IMG/VR virus record: IMGVR_UViG_3300046692_000581
Source: an uncultured virus (IMG/VR IMGVR_UViG_3300046692_000581)
Taxonomy: Duplodnaviria; Heunggongvirae; Uroviricota; Caudoviricetes
Direction: 5' to 3' (one strand)
DNA: 64,000 nucleotides
Position 1 is the first letter of the stretch, and the number at the start of each line of letters is the position of its first letter. Positions 10,268 to 20,162 of this stretch are shown here, in pieces. The translations under genes were made by a program, and so were the position numbers. Below the pieces are notes generated by a model that was not told where the DNA came from, made no database searches, and saw nothing but the letters and a program-made list of their open reading frames with translations.

Positions 10268-10864
10268 ATGGACATAATTGAGCAAATTCATATTCTTCAG
10301 TACAAGCAAAATCGTCACGACGAGCACTTTCATCAAGATATTTTCGTTCTAAGAATTCAACAGAAACTCACGCATTTTTGTATGCATCTTGCCAAATACA
10401 ACGGATCAATGTGGAGTGATCGTTCAGCGGAAAACACGCTGAAGAAACTGATCGATTCACTTATTATTGTGACCTCCTGCGCAAACACACTGCGCCTCAA
10501 TTTGCATGAGGTGACGCTTGAAGTGCTGGCGTTGAATCGTTACTGTTTTTGGACGGATGTGATGCGCATGCTGAGTGAGCGTGCAAAGCCTGAGGATATT
10601 ATCGATCCAGTAGGCCCTATGGTTGGCCTTGTAGGGCGTATGAGCAAAGCCCTGGAGGCATTGGATCATGTCGAGGATTATCCCTGTCGCAAGGAGCTTG
10701 AGAAGGTCGTTGGAGAGATGTGGTTGCACCTTCTATCCGCACTCCATTCGCGTACTACAGAACGCGCTTTCACGTATTGCATTAACGACCGATTGATGAA
10801 AATTGAAGAAAAGGACATTTTTGTCAAATACAAGTACAAGAATCGCTATTGCAGCAAGATTTAG
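10268..10864 (+). CDS. hypothetical all-alpha protein (possibly MazG-like fold)
   Basis: Clear ORF; fold guess weak. Confidence 0.6.
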   Translation: MDIIEQIHILQYKQNRHDEHFHQDIFVLRIQQKLTHFCMHLAKYNGSMWSDRSAENTLKKLIDSLIIVTSCANTLRLNLHEVTLEVLALNRYCFWTDVMRMLSERAKPEDIIDPVGPMVGLVGRMSKALEALDHVEDYPCRKELEKVVGEMWLHLLSALHSRTTERAFTYCINDRLMKIEEKDIFVKYKYKNRYCSKI

Positions 10865-11092
10865 ACTAAGCGTCTTTGAGTCGCGCAGAACTGGAAAAGG
10901 TGATTTGTGAAATGTGGCTACATCTTCTGGCGGTACTGCATTCACGTATTGGTCATCCTCTCCAGGCATATTTGTGCGAGCGACTGATGTTCATTGAGGA
11001 AAATATAAAAACGGCTACGTTCCGATGAAAGCATAAGCCGTTTGGTGATGCACCACATGATATAATATCGGCTAAAAAATAACCTAAGGTGC

Positions 11093-11518
11093 GTGCCTGT
11101 GAAAAAGAATACGGTAATTGATGTCAAAAAAGGATGGTGGGCCTGGGTTGGTGGAAACTCGGCAGTAGCGTTTGACTCGGAGCAGCTGGTGGCCGAGTAC
11201 ATGCTGGAGCGCGCTCAGGGCATGTCAGACGATGGCTATTGGAGAGACATCGCATGTCCTGTTCGGTATATCCTATGGGACTGTGATCTGGATGCTGGTG
11301 AAACCTACCACAAGGTAATCTTTGATCCCATCACCATGATTGTGCACAACGGCCATACTAGAAAGATTCTTGAGCGCATAGTTCCCTCAAAGCTCAAGCG
11401 CATGGACTCGACTTGGGTCGGTGAATACTTGGCCGCAGAGCAAGATGAAACCGTGATGGTTACCAAAAATAAGAAAGGAATGTCATTGATCGATCAATTG
11501 GCGCTGCGCTGGCCGTAA
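11093..11518 (+). CDS. hypothetical protein
   Basis: ORF with AAGGTG SD before GTG. Confidence 0.65.
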   Translation: MPVKKNTVIDVKKGWWAWVGGNSAVAFDSEQLVAEYMLERAQGMSDDGYWRDIACPVRYILWDCDLDAGETYHKVIFDPITMIVHNGHTRKILERIVPSKLKRMDSTWVGEYLAAEQDETVMVTKNKKGMSLIDQLALRWP

Positions 11519-11655
11519 CTCAAAAACGGACTCCTTTACTCTTATCGTTTGGCGCTTCAAATATTGTCCATATGATTTTCGGCGCCACCACATTGTTAGT
11601 GACAAAATCATTTTTTCAATATATATTATCAGCCAAACACAAACTGCGAGGCTGT

Positions 11656-12753
11656 ATGAATTTTATTGAAATCGAAAAACGGTCTGGCGTCATTCTGGCG
11701 CTAGTCATCTTGGCGGCGTCAGCGTATCTGATGTCGCCTTTTTTTGTGCCCATGTTCTGGGCGGCTTTGATGGCGTTGACGACATGGCCGGTCATGGCGT
11801 GGTTGAACCGCCGAACAGGGCGTCCTTTGCTCAACGCGAGCATCTTGTCGTCGCTATGGCTGTTTTTGGTGCTTGGCCCCCTGATCGCATTGGTGGCGGT
11901 CATGGCAGTCGAGGCTAAGACGGTTGCAACGTTTATTGCTCATTACACCTCTGTCCCTCTGCCAAATTTGCCGTCATGGATTGGAAATCTTCCAGGGGTT
12001 GGCAGTGCCGCACAAAAAACATGGGGCGAATTGCAGGCTGAGGGTGGTGGCTGGTTTGAGCAGTTCAAGCCTATGGTTATCAACGTCCTTCACTTTGCCA
12101 TGTCCCACGGCAGTAACGTAGCCCATGTGTTTATGCACGTATTGGCCACTCTCTTCTTTGTGTTTATCTTCTATTGGCAAGGCGCGCATGTGGCTGAACT
12201 TGGACACACGGCCCTGAATAAGCTCGTGGGCAGTGGTTCGCGTCGATACATTGAAATTGTGACATCCACCCTGAAAAATGTGATTAACGGAATCGTGGGC
12301 ACCGCATTGATCCAAGCAGTCCTGTCGATTATCGGGTTTTGGGTGGCTGGTGTTCCAGGTGCCGTGCTGCTGGGCGTTGCGACATTCTTCCTGAGTTTGA
12401 TTCCAATGGCGGCGATTCTGGTCTGGTTGCCAGCGGTCGGTTGGCTGTTCTATCAAGGTGAAACGGGCTGGGCTGTATTTGTCATCGTATGGTGCCTCGG
12501 CGTGATTGGTGGTGTAGACCACATTGTGAAGCCGATTTTGATCAGCAGAGGCAGCGTGATGCCTATTACCATTATCTTGCTGGGCGTATTTGGCGGCATC
12601 ATGAATTTTGGCTTCCTTGGGATCTTTATTGGTCCGGCCATCCTCGCTTTGGGTTACAGCCTAGTCATGGTTTGGCTGGAAAAGGATGCAATCAAAGCCG
12701 GAAAGCCAACGGAAGAACCGGCTGGGCAGATTCAGGCGCAGCCTGCTCAATAA
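11656..12753 (+). CDS. AI-2E family (YdiK-like) transporter
   Basis: Multiple TM helices; LPGVG, GTALIQA, DHIVKPILISRG, GFLGIFIGP motifs; SD GAGG before ATG 11656. Confidence 0.9.
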   Translation: MNFIEIEKRSGVILALVILAASAYLMSPFFVPMFWAALMALTTWPVMAWLNRRTGRPLLNASILSSLWLFLVLGPLIALVAVMAVEAKTVATFIAHYTSVPLPNLPSWIGNLPGVGSAAQKTWGELQAEGGGWFEQFKPMVINVLHFAMSHGSNVAHVFMHVLATLFFVFIFYWQGAHVAELGHTALNKLVGSGSRRYIEIVTSTLKNVINGIVGTALIQAVLSIIGFWVAGVPGAVLLGVATFFLSLIPMAAILVWLPAVGWLFYQGETGWAVFVIVWCLGVIGGVDHIVKPILISRGSVMPITIILLGVFGGIMNFGFLGIFIGPAILALGYSLVMVWLEKDAIKAGKPTEEPAGQIQAQPAQ

Positions 12754-12782
12754 ATTTGAGTGATAATTTTGAAGGAAGTAGT

Positions 12783-13640
12783 ATGAGCATTAAAGGTATG
12801 GATCTTCGGGCGATGATGGAAGCTCACATTCAGCAATCGATGGAGGCTATGGCCAATATTGACGTGTATGCCGAATGTAAGGCCTCCCCTACGGCCTTTG
12901 AGAACTGGATTGGAGCTGTCGAGGAGCTGGGTATTCGCAGTCCTCGCAGCATCATGGTGGTGTGCCCAGAGACGTTTACAGCCGAACTGATGGATGCCCT
13001 CCCCCTGTCTGTTGAATCAATGAATTTCGTACAGGCGGTTTGTGTTGCTGTGAAAACAATGGCCGAGGAGACGGGCTACCCCGTTTTCGTAAAAAACAGC
13101 TTCACTTCGTTCAAGCATGGCTGGAAGGACAGTTGTTCATTCAACAGTGCGGACGAAGATGAGGTGTTGCGGAAAATATCCTCGATGGCCCATTACCTGT
13201 GTGAGGCGCCCACGCCGTATGCGGGGAATGTGATTGTCCGGGAGATGATTCCCACGGAGCCGGTCTTTTTTGCATTCAACGAAATGCCAATCACCCAGGA
13301 GTTCCGTATCTTTGCTCGCGATGGCAAGGTAGAGGCGTATCAGCCGTATTGGCCTCATGTAGCTTTCGAAAAACATGAGCCTACCGATTGTGCGGACTGG
13401 AGTGAGCGTCTTGAAGCTATCAAAAGCATCAAGCCGTCCGATCTGAAGGAGTTGATCAAGCAATCTGAAGCAGTGACCAAGAAATTGGGAGGTTATTGGA
13501 GTGTTGACTTCTTGAAAGACAAGGCCGGCAAATGGTGGCTGATTGATATGGCTGAAGGAGCATTGAGCTATGTAAATCGCGCTGACATGAAGGTTATCAA
13601 ACCTCGTGAACAAACGCCCTTGGCGGGTATGGGACTGTAA
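12783..13640 (+). CDS. ATP-grasp domain protein (DUF4343/R2K-like)
   Basis: PVFVK..SFKH.W, VREMI, QEFRIF, WSVDF...WWLIDM; SD before ATG 12783. Confidence 0.7.
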   Translation: MSIKGMDLRAMMEAHIQQSMEAMANIDVYAECKASPTAFENWIGAVEELGIRSPRSIMVVCPETFTAELMDALPLSVESMNFVQAVCVAVKTMAEETGYPVFVKNSFTSFKHGWKDSCSFNSADEDEVLRKISSMAHYLCEAPTPYAGNVIVREMIPTEPVFFAFNEMPITQEFRIFARDGKVEAYQPYWPHVAFEKHEPTDCADWSERLEAIKSIKPSDLKELIKQSEAVTKKLGGYWSVDFLKDKAGKWWLIDMAEGALSYVNRADMKVIKPREQTPLAGMGL

Positions 13641-13786
13641 AAATAGTTGGGGTTGAGGACATCAATCCCTTCGGGGATGAGCCAGAGTGCTCCGCCGCTT
13701 TAAGGCTTTCCATGACATCATCCCCTTTTATTTTGTGTAGGTTACATATTTTGAATATTATTAAAAACTAAACTCGGAGCACTGTC

Positions 13787-14107
13787 ATGATTAGAGTAAC
13801 AATTGAAATGATTCCTGGCGGTACTGGTGAGCCCCGCCACATGGGGACAATCGAAATCGCGAATGACGGAACGGGCACCAACGAAAGTGGGAACTATAAA
13901 GTGCGCCTTGCGAAATTTGGCCAACCGGCATCGAGCTGGCTGCGAGCGGTTGTGACCAATTTCAATCGGAAAACACGTGGCCCATATGATTTGCTTCTTC
14001 AGGCGCTCGTCGCGACTGTCGGCGGCAGAAACAAAGCTGTGCTGGAGGAGCTGAAGACGGATCAAACGAAAATGATTGAGGAAGATCGGCAGCAATCGCT
14101 GCTCTGA
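13787..14107 (+). CDS. hypothetical protein
   Basis: GGAG SD; compact ORF. Confidence 0.75.
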   Translation: MIRVTIEMIPGGTGEPRHMGTIEIANDGTGTNESGNYKVRLAKFGQPASSWLRAVVTNFNRKTRGPYDLLLQALVATVGGRNKAVLEELKTDQTKMIEEDRQQSLL

Positions 14108-14167
14108 GTAGAGGAGACGAATGCAATTAAGAGAAATGACCGCCTGTAGGCGGTCATTGTGTTGGAT

Positions 14168-14875
14168 TTAAATGCTTGGAGATTCGTTTTTAATGCCGAC
14201 AAAGGATTTAACCTTTTCGACATAACGAGCAACGATAGACTCCATGTTTCTTTCTTGTGGCGCTGCTGCGGGCTCATCAGATGCCTTAACTGTTGCGGCA
14301 TGAGGTGTTGACGGAATGCCTGGAACGCTTGGAATGGATCGTTCCGCGTTACCTGACTTAAAGTCACTGATGTTCCCCAGCTCAGCTTGTTTATCGCGAC
14401 TCATAACGCCTGAAAGCACGAGTGACGAAGTGATATCCATTGCAGCGGTGTGCTCTTTTTTCAACTTGTTATGGGCCGCAAAGGCTTCCGGAAATTCTTG
14501 CTCAAAATCTTCCCGTTGAAGCTTGGTGTAGACTACTCCGATCACCATTGGACTGGTGGCTTCAGCGTGTTTTTGAGCCCACTCGTTTACAGAGTACTTC
14601 GAGGCTTCGAGAGATTTTTTAAGATGTTCCAATATTTCCACTTGTGACGGAGCTTGCTCAGAAGTAATTTCAAAGTTAACGGGCTTCGCAGTGTCTTTGC
14701 CGAGAGAAACAGCCCATTTAGGGGTTTTTCTTTCGGTATCCGGGTCGACAGATTCACCAGCATAAGCCACTTTGTGATTGAGGTTTATTTCCGACAAAAG
14801 TTGGGCGGCAGTCTTGCTCATATCGAGTTCCTTTATTCTTGGTTTACTCAATATTATCATATTTTTGGTGGTCAT
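14168..14875 (-). CDS. hypothetical protein
   Basis: Long ORF, likely start MSKTAAQ. Confidence 0.7.
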   Translation of the reverse strand: MTTKNMIILSKPRIKELDMSKTAAQLLSEINLNHKVAYAGESVDPDTERKTPKWAVSLGKDTAKPVNFEITSEQAPSQVEILEHLKKSLEASKYSVNEWAQKHAEATSPMVIGVVYTKLQREDFEQEFPEAFAAHNKLKKEHTAAMDITSSLVLSGVMSRDKQAELGNISDFKSGNAERSIPSVPGIPSTPHAATVKASDEPAAAPQERNMESIVARYVEKVKSFVGIKNESPSI

Positions 14876-14948
14876 TAGTTAATATCGCATTTTCATTGAC
14901 ATGTTATTTATTTGTATTATGATTAATCGTAATCTTGAGGGCTAAACA

Positions 14949-15893
14949 ATGAGTGATGTTAATGAATCTTCGCAAGTTGACATGACCGACGAGGAGGTTT
15001 GCATTGAGAGAAATCAGTTTATTGCATGGTGCCAGGAGCATGGGCAGCAGCCAATTTTGTTGCCTGGAGGATTTTTTGCAGATCCGGCGCATCAGCTGTT
15101 CTTCTTGAAATCGCTTAAAGATGCTGCTGAGCTAAAGCGCTGTGAGGCTCGCAATAAACTGCGCTTGAATGAGGCTCTGGCTGACATCATGATGCGGGAA
15201 GTCGAGACCGGCAAAGATGCCCTAGACCTTATGATGGACACAGGTATTGTTGACTGTTTCATCAGGTTGAGCCGGGCGCATTTGAAAAAGCGAGACGTCG
15301 TAAATTACGTTGAACTCACTGCATCCCTTACCGAAGATGAGGGTGAGGAAGAGGAATTTGTCATTACAATCAAGCGTGGCAAAGGTCTTTCGCCACATCA
15401 GTTGCGCGTCGAGGCTGAAGGTAAGCGTGACGAGGCTCTTCAAAAGGCATCGCAGATCCAACAATTGTTGCATCAGCTGTACTGTAATTGGGGTTCAGGT
15501 TGGGCTGATTTTCAGCGTGCAGAGGCGGAAAAATACATAAGCGTCGACCAGCCTCCTTCACTGCGCGATTCCATTCAACAGCTTCGCGATGTAGTCGCAA
15601 GTGTGACTAGCTCTGCGTCTGCTGTAGGCTCGTTGCCATCCTCGGCTTTGGTTGATTTGCTTCGGATCATTGAACTCGGCAGTGCAGGCCAGATTACTCC
15701 CGGCGCAGAGCTGGCGATGAAGCATTTTGGTGAAGTCATTGACCTGATATCCTTCAATTTGAAGGATGATTCAATGGCCGACGAAGACGTGTCGAATAAA
15801 ATGGTGAATATCATTAAGCTCACACGTGAAATGCTGACAAACAGACTGCGAGCTGATGTTCTACATGAGGCGGCAAATAGTCTTCCTGCTTGA
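14949..15893 (+). CDS. hypothetical protein
   Basis: GAGG SD; 314 aa. Confidence 0.75.
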   Translation: MSDVNESSQVDMTDEEVCIERNQFIAWCQEHGQQPILLPGGFFADPAHQLFFLKSLKDAAELKRCEARNKLRLNEALADIMMREVETGKDALDLMMDTGIVDCFIRLSRAHLKKRDVVNYVELTASLTEDEGEEEEFVITIKRGKGLSPHQLRVEAEGKRDEALQKASQIQQLLHQLYCNWGSGWADFQRAEAEKYISVDQPPSLRDSIQQLRDVVASVTSSASAVGSLPSSALVDLLRIIELGSAGQITPGAELAMKHFGEVIDLISFNLKDDSMADEDVSNKMVNIIKLTREMLTNRLRADVLHEAANSLPA

Positions 15894-15908
15894 GTATGAT
15901 TTTAATTT

Positions 15909-16442
15909 ATGGGGCGAAGCATGATTGGAACAGGCATTGAGATTTTCTACCCGGCAGCGGATGTATCCGACACGGTGCTGCCTTGTTTGAAAGTAACGGC
16001 GGAAGATGGCGGTATTACGACCATTGTCCCAGGCTTTAGCTTCTGGGAGCGGGGTACAGAAAAAGAAGTCGAGATCATTGGCATCGCCAATACAGAGTTG
16101 GATAGCTCCTATTGGGCGATTGTATTCAGGCCGGTCGGAGAGGCTATGTCTTTGCGTACACTGGAGCCGAATGCGTTCTTGTTGGCGTATCGCCCTAACG
16201 ATTCGGTTCGATGGAGTGATTACCCGGCACATCAAATTGAAATGCTGGCGTGTGAGCGTATCAGCATCGACCCTATTTCAGCTGGTTTGTACTTTAATTG
16301 GAGCGCAGCGGGTGTTGGCTTTGGTCAAATCAGCATCGCCACCAACGACGATGGTTACCTGATTCAAAATGAATGCATGGGGAAAAATTTCATCAAGAGC
16401 TTGCTTTGCAAGTTGGTGGATGCGGCTGCACTGGATCAGTAG
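15909..16442 (+). CDS. hypothetical protein
   Basis: Follows the previous ORF closely. Confidence 0.65.
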   Translation: MGRSMIGTGIEIFYPAADVSDTVLPCLKVTAEDGGITTIVPGFSFWERGTEKEVEIIGIANTELDSSYWAIVFRPVGEAMSLRTLEPNAFLLAYRPNDSVRWSDYPAHQIEMLACERISIDPISAGLYFNWSAAGVGFGQISIATNDDGYLIQNECMGKNFIKSLLCKLVDAAALDQ

Positions 16443-16448
16443 TGAGTT

Positions 16449-16955
16449 CTATTGTTTGGTATTCTTGAGTAAAAAGCCTGTCATGTCAGGCTTTTTTCGC
16501 TGATCCAGCCAACGCAATTCAAATTTGTGAATGATCTCTCTTGCCAGATGCGGAGAGTCGCTTATTGATTTTTCTCGTGACCATATGAGAATTTCGTTTT
16601 TTGTGTTGCAGCCAGCGGAACACTCCAAATCATGTAATTTTCCAGTGGTACTATCCAGCAAAACGTAATGGCCTCCAAGCGAGTGGAATTTAACCCCTTC
16701 AATGTTGTTGTCATGCAGGTATTTTTCCGCGATTCTGGCTATGGGTCCGCATTGCACGGTATTCGCCAGCACTGCCTTTTTTGCATCCTCGATTGTTGGT
16801 TCGCGACCAGTGAGTGCTGGGAGCTTGGCCAAAGTAACCAGGGCGTGATCCAGTGCTTCACCTATGACTTTTCGTCTTGCCATTAGGTATTCATCACGCT
16901 GGCGCTGGAAAATGCAAATTTTGAACATATTGAATAATTTTGAACGTAATGGCAT
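16449..16955 (-). CDS. hypothetical protein
   Basis: ORF; true start may be MARRK. Confidence 0.55.
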   Translation of the reverse strand: MPLRSKLFNMFKICIFQRQRDEYLMARRKVIGEALDHALVTLAKLPALTGREPTIEDAKKAVLANTVQCGPIARIAEKYLHDNNIEGVKFHSLGGHYVLLDSTTGKLHDLECSAGCNTKNEILIWSREKSISDSPHLAREIIHKFELRWLDQRKKPDMTGFLLKNTKQ

Positions 16956-16975
16956 TCATTGCACCCGTGGTGTCA

Positions 16976-17176
16976 TTATTTAGCCCTGTTGGGGATAGGA
17001 GTTGGATTTTTTTCGTCATTGCCAAAAAACGGCAGAATGGATTCATAGGGCAGCTTTTCGCCGCTTTGCGCGGCTGATACCTGATCCATAATATGCAGCG
17101 GAGCGTTATATACGCCCAAAATCTGGTACAGCTCTGCGCACAGATCCTGCAATTGTTTTGCTGAGTTCGACATCAT
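16976..17176 (-). CDS. small hypothetical protein
   Basis: AGGTGG SD. Confidence 0.55.
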   Translation of the reverse strand: MMSNSAKQLQDLCAELYQILGVYNAPLHIMDQVSAAQSGEKLPYESILPFFGNDEKNPTPIPNRAK

Positions 17177-17228
17177 GCCACCTATTTTAGGGTTGGTAGG
17201 GTTCGAAAAGGCAGTGCTGCCTTTTCAT

Positions 17229-17256
17229 TTGACATTTTGCATCTTTTATACATAAT
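17229..17256 (+). promoter_or_regulatory. sigma-70 promoter
   Basis: TTGACA-16-CATAAT. Confidence 0.6.
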
Positions 17257-17284
17257 AAACAAATAATTATCATCTGGTGCATCA

Positions 17285-17803
17285 ATGTCTTTGGTTAGGT
17301 GTCTTGGTCCTCTTCGGCTTCCGCGCACGTACACAAAATTCATGCGTGCGGATCTCGCTCTATGGAGAGATCAAAAGGCTGCGGGCATGAATTCGTTTCC
17401 CTGGAAGCAATATCCTCTTCATAGTGAGGAACGCAAAGACAGGTGGGACGATGTGATGATTCCTGCTCAAGATTCAGGATCGTTCAGCAAAAAACTGTCT
17501 CAAATCATTGGTGGAGATCAATTCCAGTCCATTATGTCCTTGGTCAGTTGCCCGGATCATACTGACGATTTTGATGACTTCAAGGATACGGCGTTGCTGA
17601 TCCCATACAAAATCGGCCCTTGTCATTGGCTTGAGGTTGAGGGGGAGCGTTTCCGGATGAAGCCCATGCACGTCTATGCTTTCAATCACAAGCGTTATCA
17701 CCGATTGGCTTATTGTGACAAATTCGGTCGCGAGGATGAGATGCCCAGTAGTATGGTTGCCTCTGTCCTAAATGTATCTTTTTACAAAAAGGGTTTTTCA
17801 TGA
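17285..17803 (+). CDS. possible cupin / 2OG-Fe(II)-like protein
   Basis: HTD ... FNHKRYH facial-triad-like spacing. Confidence 0.45.
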   Translation: MSLVRCLGPLRLPRTYTKFMRADLALWRDQKAAGMNSFPWKQYPLHSEERKDRWDDVMIPAQDSGSFSKKLSQIIGGDQFQSIMSLVSCPDHTDDFDDFKDTALLIPYKIGPCHWLEVEGERFRMKPMHVYAFNHKRYHRLAYCDKFGREDEMPSSMVASVLNVSFYKKGFS

Positions 17804-18546
17804 GTAATTTGAGCGTAATCATCCGTAAGGACTTGAGCATGCCGCGTGGCAAAATGGGTGCTCAGGCTGCCCACAGTGCGATGAGGCTGTTCCTTGGTGG
17901 GCTGATGCCCAATGGGATTCCTTTTCAGCGTTCGTTGCCTGTAAGTCGCGTGGAGGAATTTAAACGCTGGCTTTCGGAAGGTGATATTGCCTTGCAGATG
18001 GTTAAGGGCGAGGAGGCGCTTCATGCTGCCCTGCCCTCTGACCAGCCAATGGCAATTATCATTGATAACGGACGAACTCATTTCAATGGTCAGAAAACCC
18101 TGACCTGCGCCGCCTATGGTCTTTTTTCAACTGGTGGCGAGGGGCTTTCTCCAGACATGGAGCAAGATCGAGTTGAAAAGGCTCGGCAATATTTTGTCCT
18201 GTCTGATGAATTCAACGTCGACAAGGAGTCGGTCTGCAAGCTGACAATCCGTTCGTGCCTGGAAGATATGTTCTTGCACATGGATCGTGAGCCCAGCGGC
18301 AACTACACCCTGCACCTTCCCCCTGAGACTGCACGTGCCGATTGGTTGAGTGGTGCTTTTACCAAGATCTGTCTTCGAGCTGAATCCGACGAGCAATTGC
18401 AGTCGAAGGCTGATGATCTCCAGGCACTGGGATTCAGCATCAGCCGAGCGCAGGTGGGGCCGCATAAGGGCTTTTGCGTTGAGCCATCTTACTCCGAGGT
18501 GATTCGGCCAGTGCTGGATGACCTTCGCCCGTTGATGGGCTGGTAA
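17800..18546 (+). CDS. Pth2-family peptidyl-tRNA hydrolase with tandem duplicated domain
   Basis: IIRKDLSMPRGKMGAQAAH, IIDNGRTHF, TLTC in the N-half; second half has QYFVL..., WLSGAFTKICLR, P.....IRPVLDDL. Confidence 0.8.
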   Translation: MSNLSVIIRKDLSMPRGKMGAQAAHSAMRLFLGGLMPNGIPFQRSLPVSRVEEFKRWLSEGDIALQMVKGEEALHAALPSDQPMAIIIDNGRTHFNGQKTLTCAAYGLFSTGGEGLSPDMEQDRVEKARQYFVLSDEFNVDKESVCKLTIRSCLEDMFLHMDREPSGNYTLHLPPETARADWLSGAFTKICLRAESDEQLQSKADDLQALGFSISRAQVGPHKGFCVEPSYSEVIRPVLDDLRPLMGW

Positions 18547-18561
18547 TTTTTCAATTTGTAG

Positions 18562-18756
18562 GTGGTATCTATGGATCGCGTGAGTGACAAATTTTCCGAT
18601 ATTGATTTGGCTGAAGTTCTTGGCGCTAGTTTTGCTGAAGGTAAGGGGGTGCTTCAACTCTCTGCGCGCATGAGTGATGAGACCATGCTGTTGCTGATTA
18701 AGCAGGCTTGTGGCTGGAGCAAAGGGCAGGCCTTTGTCGTTATTCCGCCCATGTAG
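18562..18756 (+). CDS. small hypothetical protein
   Basis: Operonic position, AGGTGG SD. Confidence 0.55.
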   Translation: MVSMDRVSDKFSDIDLAEVLGASFAEGKGVLQLSARMSDETMLLLIKQACGWSKGQAFVVIPPM

Positions 18757-18835
18757 CCCTGATGGGTTACCTCTGTTCGATGGTACAATTTCAGACTTGA
18801 TGATCGCTCATTGAGCGACAAAAGGATTCGTTTAG

Positions 18836-19483
18836 ATGCAGTGTCAGATTACCCACACTCTAAAAAATGTTGCTCAATCCCACTTGGGCGGGATTGGCAG
18901 TGCAGCAAAATATTTGCGTGAGATTAGGGCAACAGCCATGGGGGAAGATGACCTGCAAGGTCATTTCTCTGGCTGGCAAATTCTTGGTCATGAGCTAACT
19001 GAGGACGGCTTTGGGGCTGACCACATGGTGTCGCTCTTCGATTCCATGGCCGACACTAGAAAGCTGTGTAAAGTCGTATACGGCTGTTCGGCACAAGAGC
19101 TTCTCGACCATGCGAATTCAGATGAAAAAGGCGCATACAGCGTGCAGATGGCGGCGTGCCTGGAAAAAATGAATGTGCAAACACTTCCCTCGGTGATTAG
19201 TGCGATGGATATTCTGCTCATCACCGACTTCAGTCTGGATGGCGAGGAAATTACGTCGGCCTTCTCGCGGCAAATGGCTCAAGGTCTGCGTCACTATTTC
19301 AAGGATGTAGAGTTCGTCATCATTGCGCCGAACAAGATTGAGTTTTCAAAAGCGAGCTTTGAGTCCAATGAAGCTGCCAGGGTGTTGCACGCTGCCGCCT
19401 GGGGAGATTTTGGTTTTGCACAAATTGGCAGTTCGGGTTACATGTTGTGCCCGGCCAGCCGTCTCTACATCCCAATCGTGTAG
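18836..19483 (+). CDS. hypothetical protein
   Basis: 215-aa ORF with AAGGA SD. Confidence 0.7.
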   Translation: MQCQITHTLKNVAQSHLGGIGSAAKYLREIRATAMGEDDLQGHFSGWQILGHELTEDGFGADHMVSLFDSMADTRKLCKVVYGCSAQELLDHANSDEKGAYSVQMAACLEKMNVQTLPSVISAMDILLITDFSLDGEEITSAFSRQMAQGLRHYFKDVEFVIIAPNKIEFSKASFESNEAARVLHAAAWGDFGFAQIGSSGYMLCPASRLYIPIV

Positions 19484-19543
19484 CCTTTGCTTAAATTCCA
19501 GCAAGCTCAGCCGTAGCGTGAGCTTGCAAGCGAAAATCACACA

Positions 19544-19795
19544 TTATCGTCCCGTGATCGCAAACTTCAGGTCAGCGATTAGGCGATCAATTTGATGCTT
19601 TCCTTGCTCGCTAAGTGCATCCAGGCCGTAGTCATAAGCGGCGAGAATGGCCATCTCTTGTTCGCGTGATTCGATCACGACAGAAACCTTCGTTCCTTCA
19701 GCAAGGTAGGCGCCTGGATCGTAGTCGTCAGCGTTACTAAACGGATTGACCTGCGCGGCCTTAGCGCTATCCAGCGGCCTGAATTTATTTGGCAT
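19544..19795 (-). CDS. hypothetical protein
   Basis: GAGGAG SD; last gene of the smpB-led run. Confidence 0.65.
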   Translation of the reverse strand: MPNKFRPLDSAKAAQVNPFSNADDYDPGAYLAEGTKVSVVIESREQEMAILAAYDYGLDALSEQGKHQIDRLIADLKFAITGR

Positions 19796-19825
19796 CCTGA
19801 AGTTCTCCTCTTACTGGGGTGTGGA

Positions 19826-20158
19826 TCAGGCTTCCTCGTAGCTCTTTCCAGACTTAAGGCCTTCAAGCTTTACTGCGACATCACCCAGCAGTTCGGCTAT
19901 GCCGGTAAAGTGGCTGGTCACAGGAAAAGGCATCTCTGGGAAAAGAGTGACAAGCTTTGCTGACCATGCCTCGGCAGCCCTCACCTCTTCAAGCAGTGTT
20001 AGGTTGACGGTGCTGCGTTTGCGCTCTTCATCTTCAGTCATGACGGGGATCACTTGATTGGCCGTTATAGCAAAAGAGGATCGCCCAGCGAGTGGTGCTT
20101 TGCAAGCGGCACGAATCCTCGATTCCCTCGTGTTTAGAAGGTGGATCGTTGGTTGCAA
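19826..20158 (-). CDS. hypothetical protein
   Basis: Tightly packed in minus-strand run. Confidence 0.55.
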   Translation of the reverse strand: MQPTIHLLNTRESRIRAACKAPLAGRSSFAITANQVIPVMTEDEERKRSTVNLTLLEEVRAAEAWSAKLVTLFPEMPFPVTSHFTGIAELLGDVAVKLEGLKSGKSYEEA

Positions 20159-20162
20159 TGGA

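Noticed and set aside
12489..12782. N-terminal extensions of track ORFs (ATP-grasp 12489, RecD2 32806, ORF 22584)
   Set aside because: They overlap neighbouring genes; better SD-supported or domain-consistent starts lie downstream
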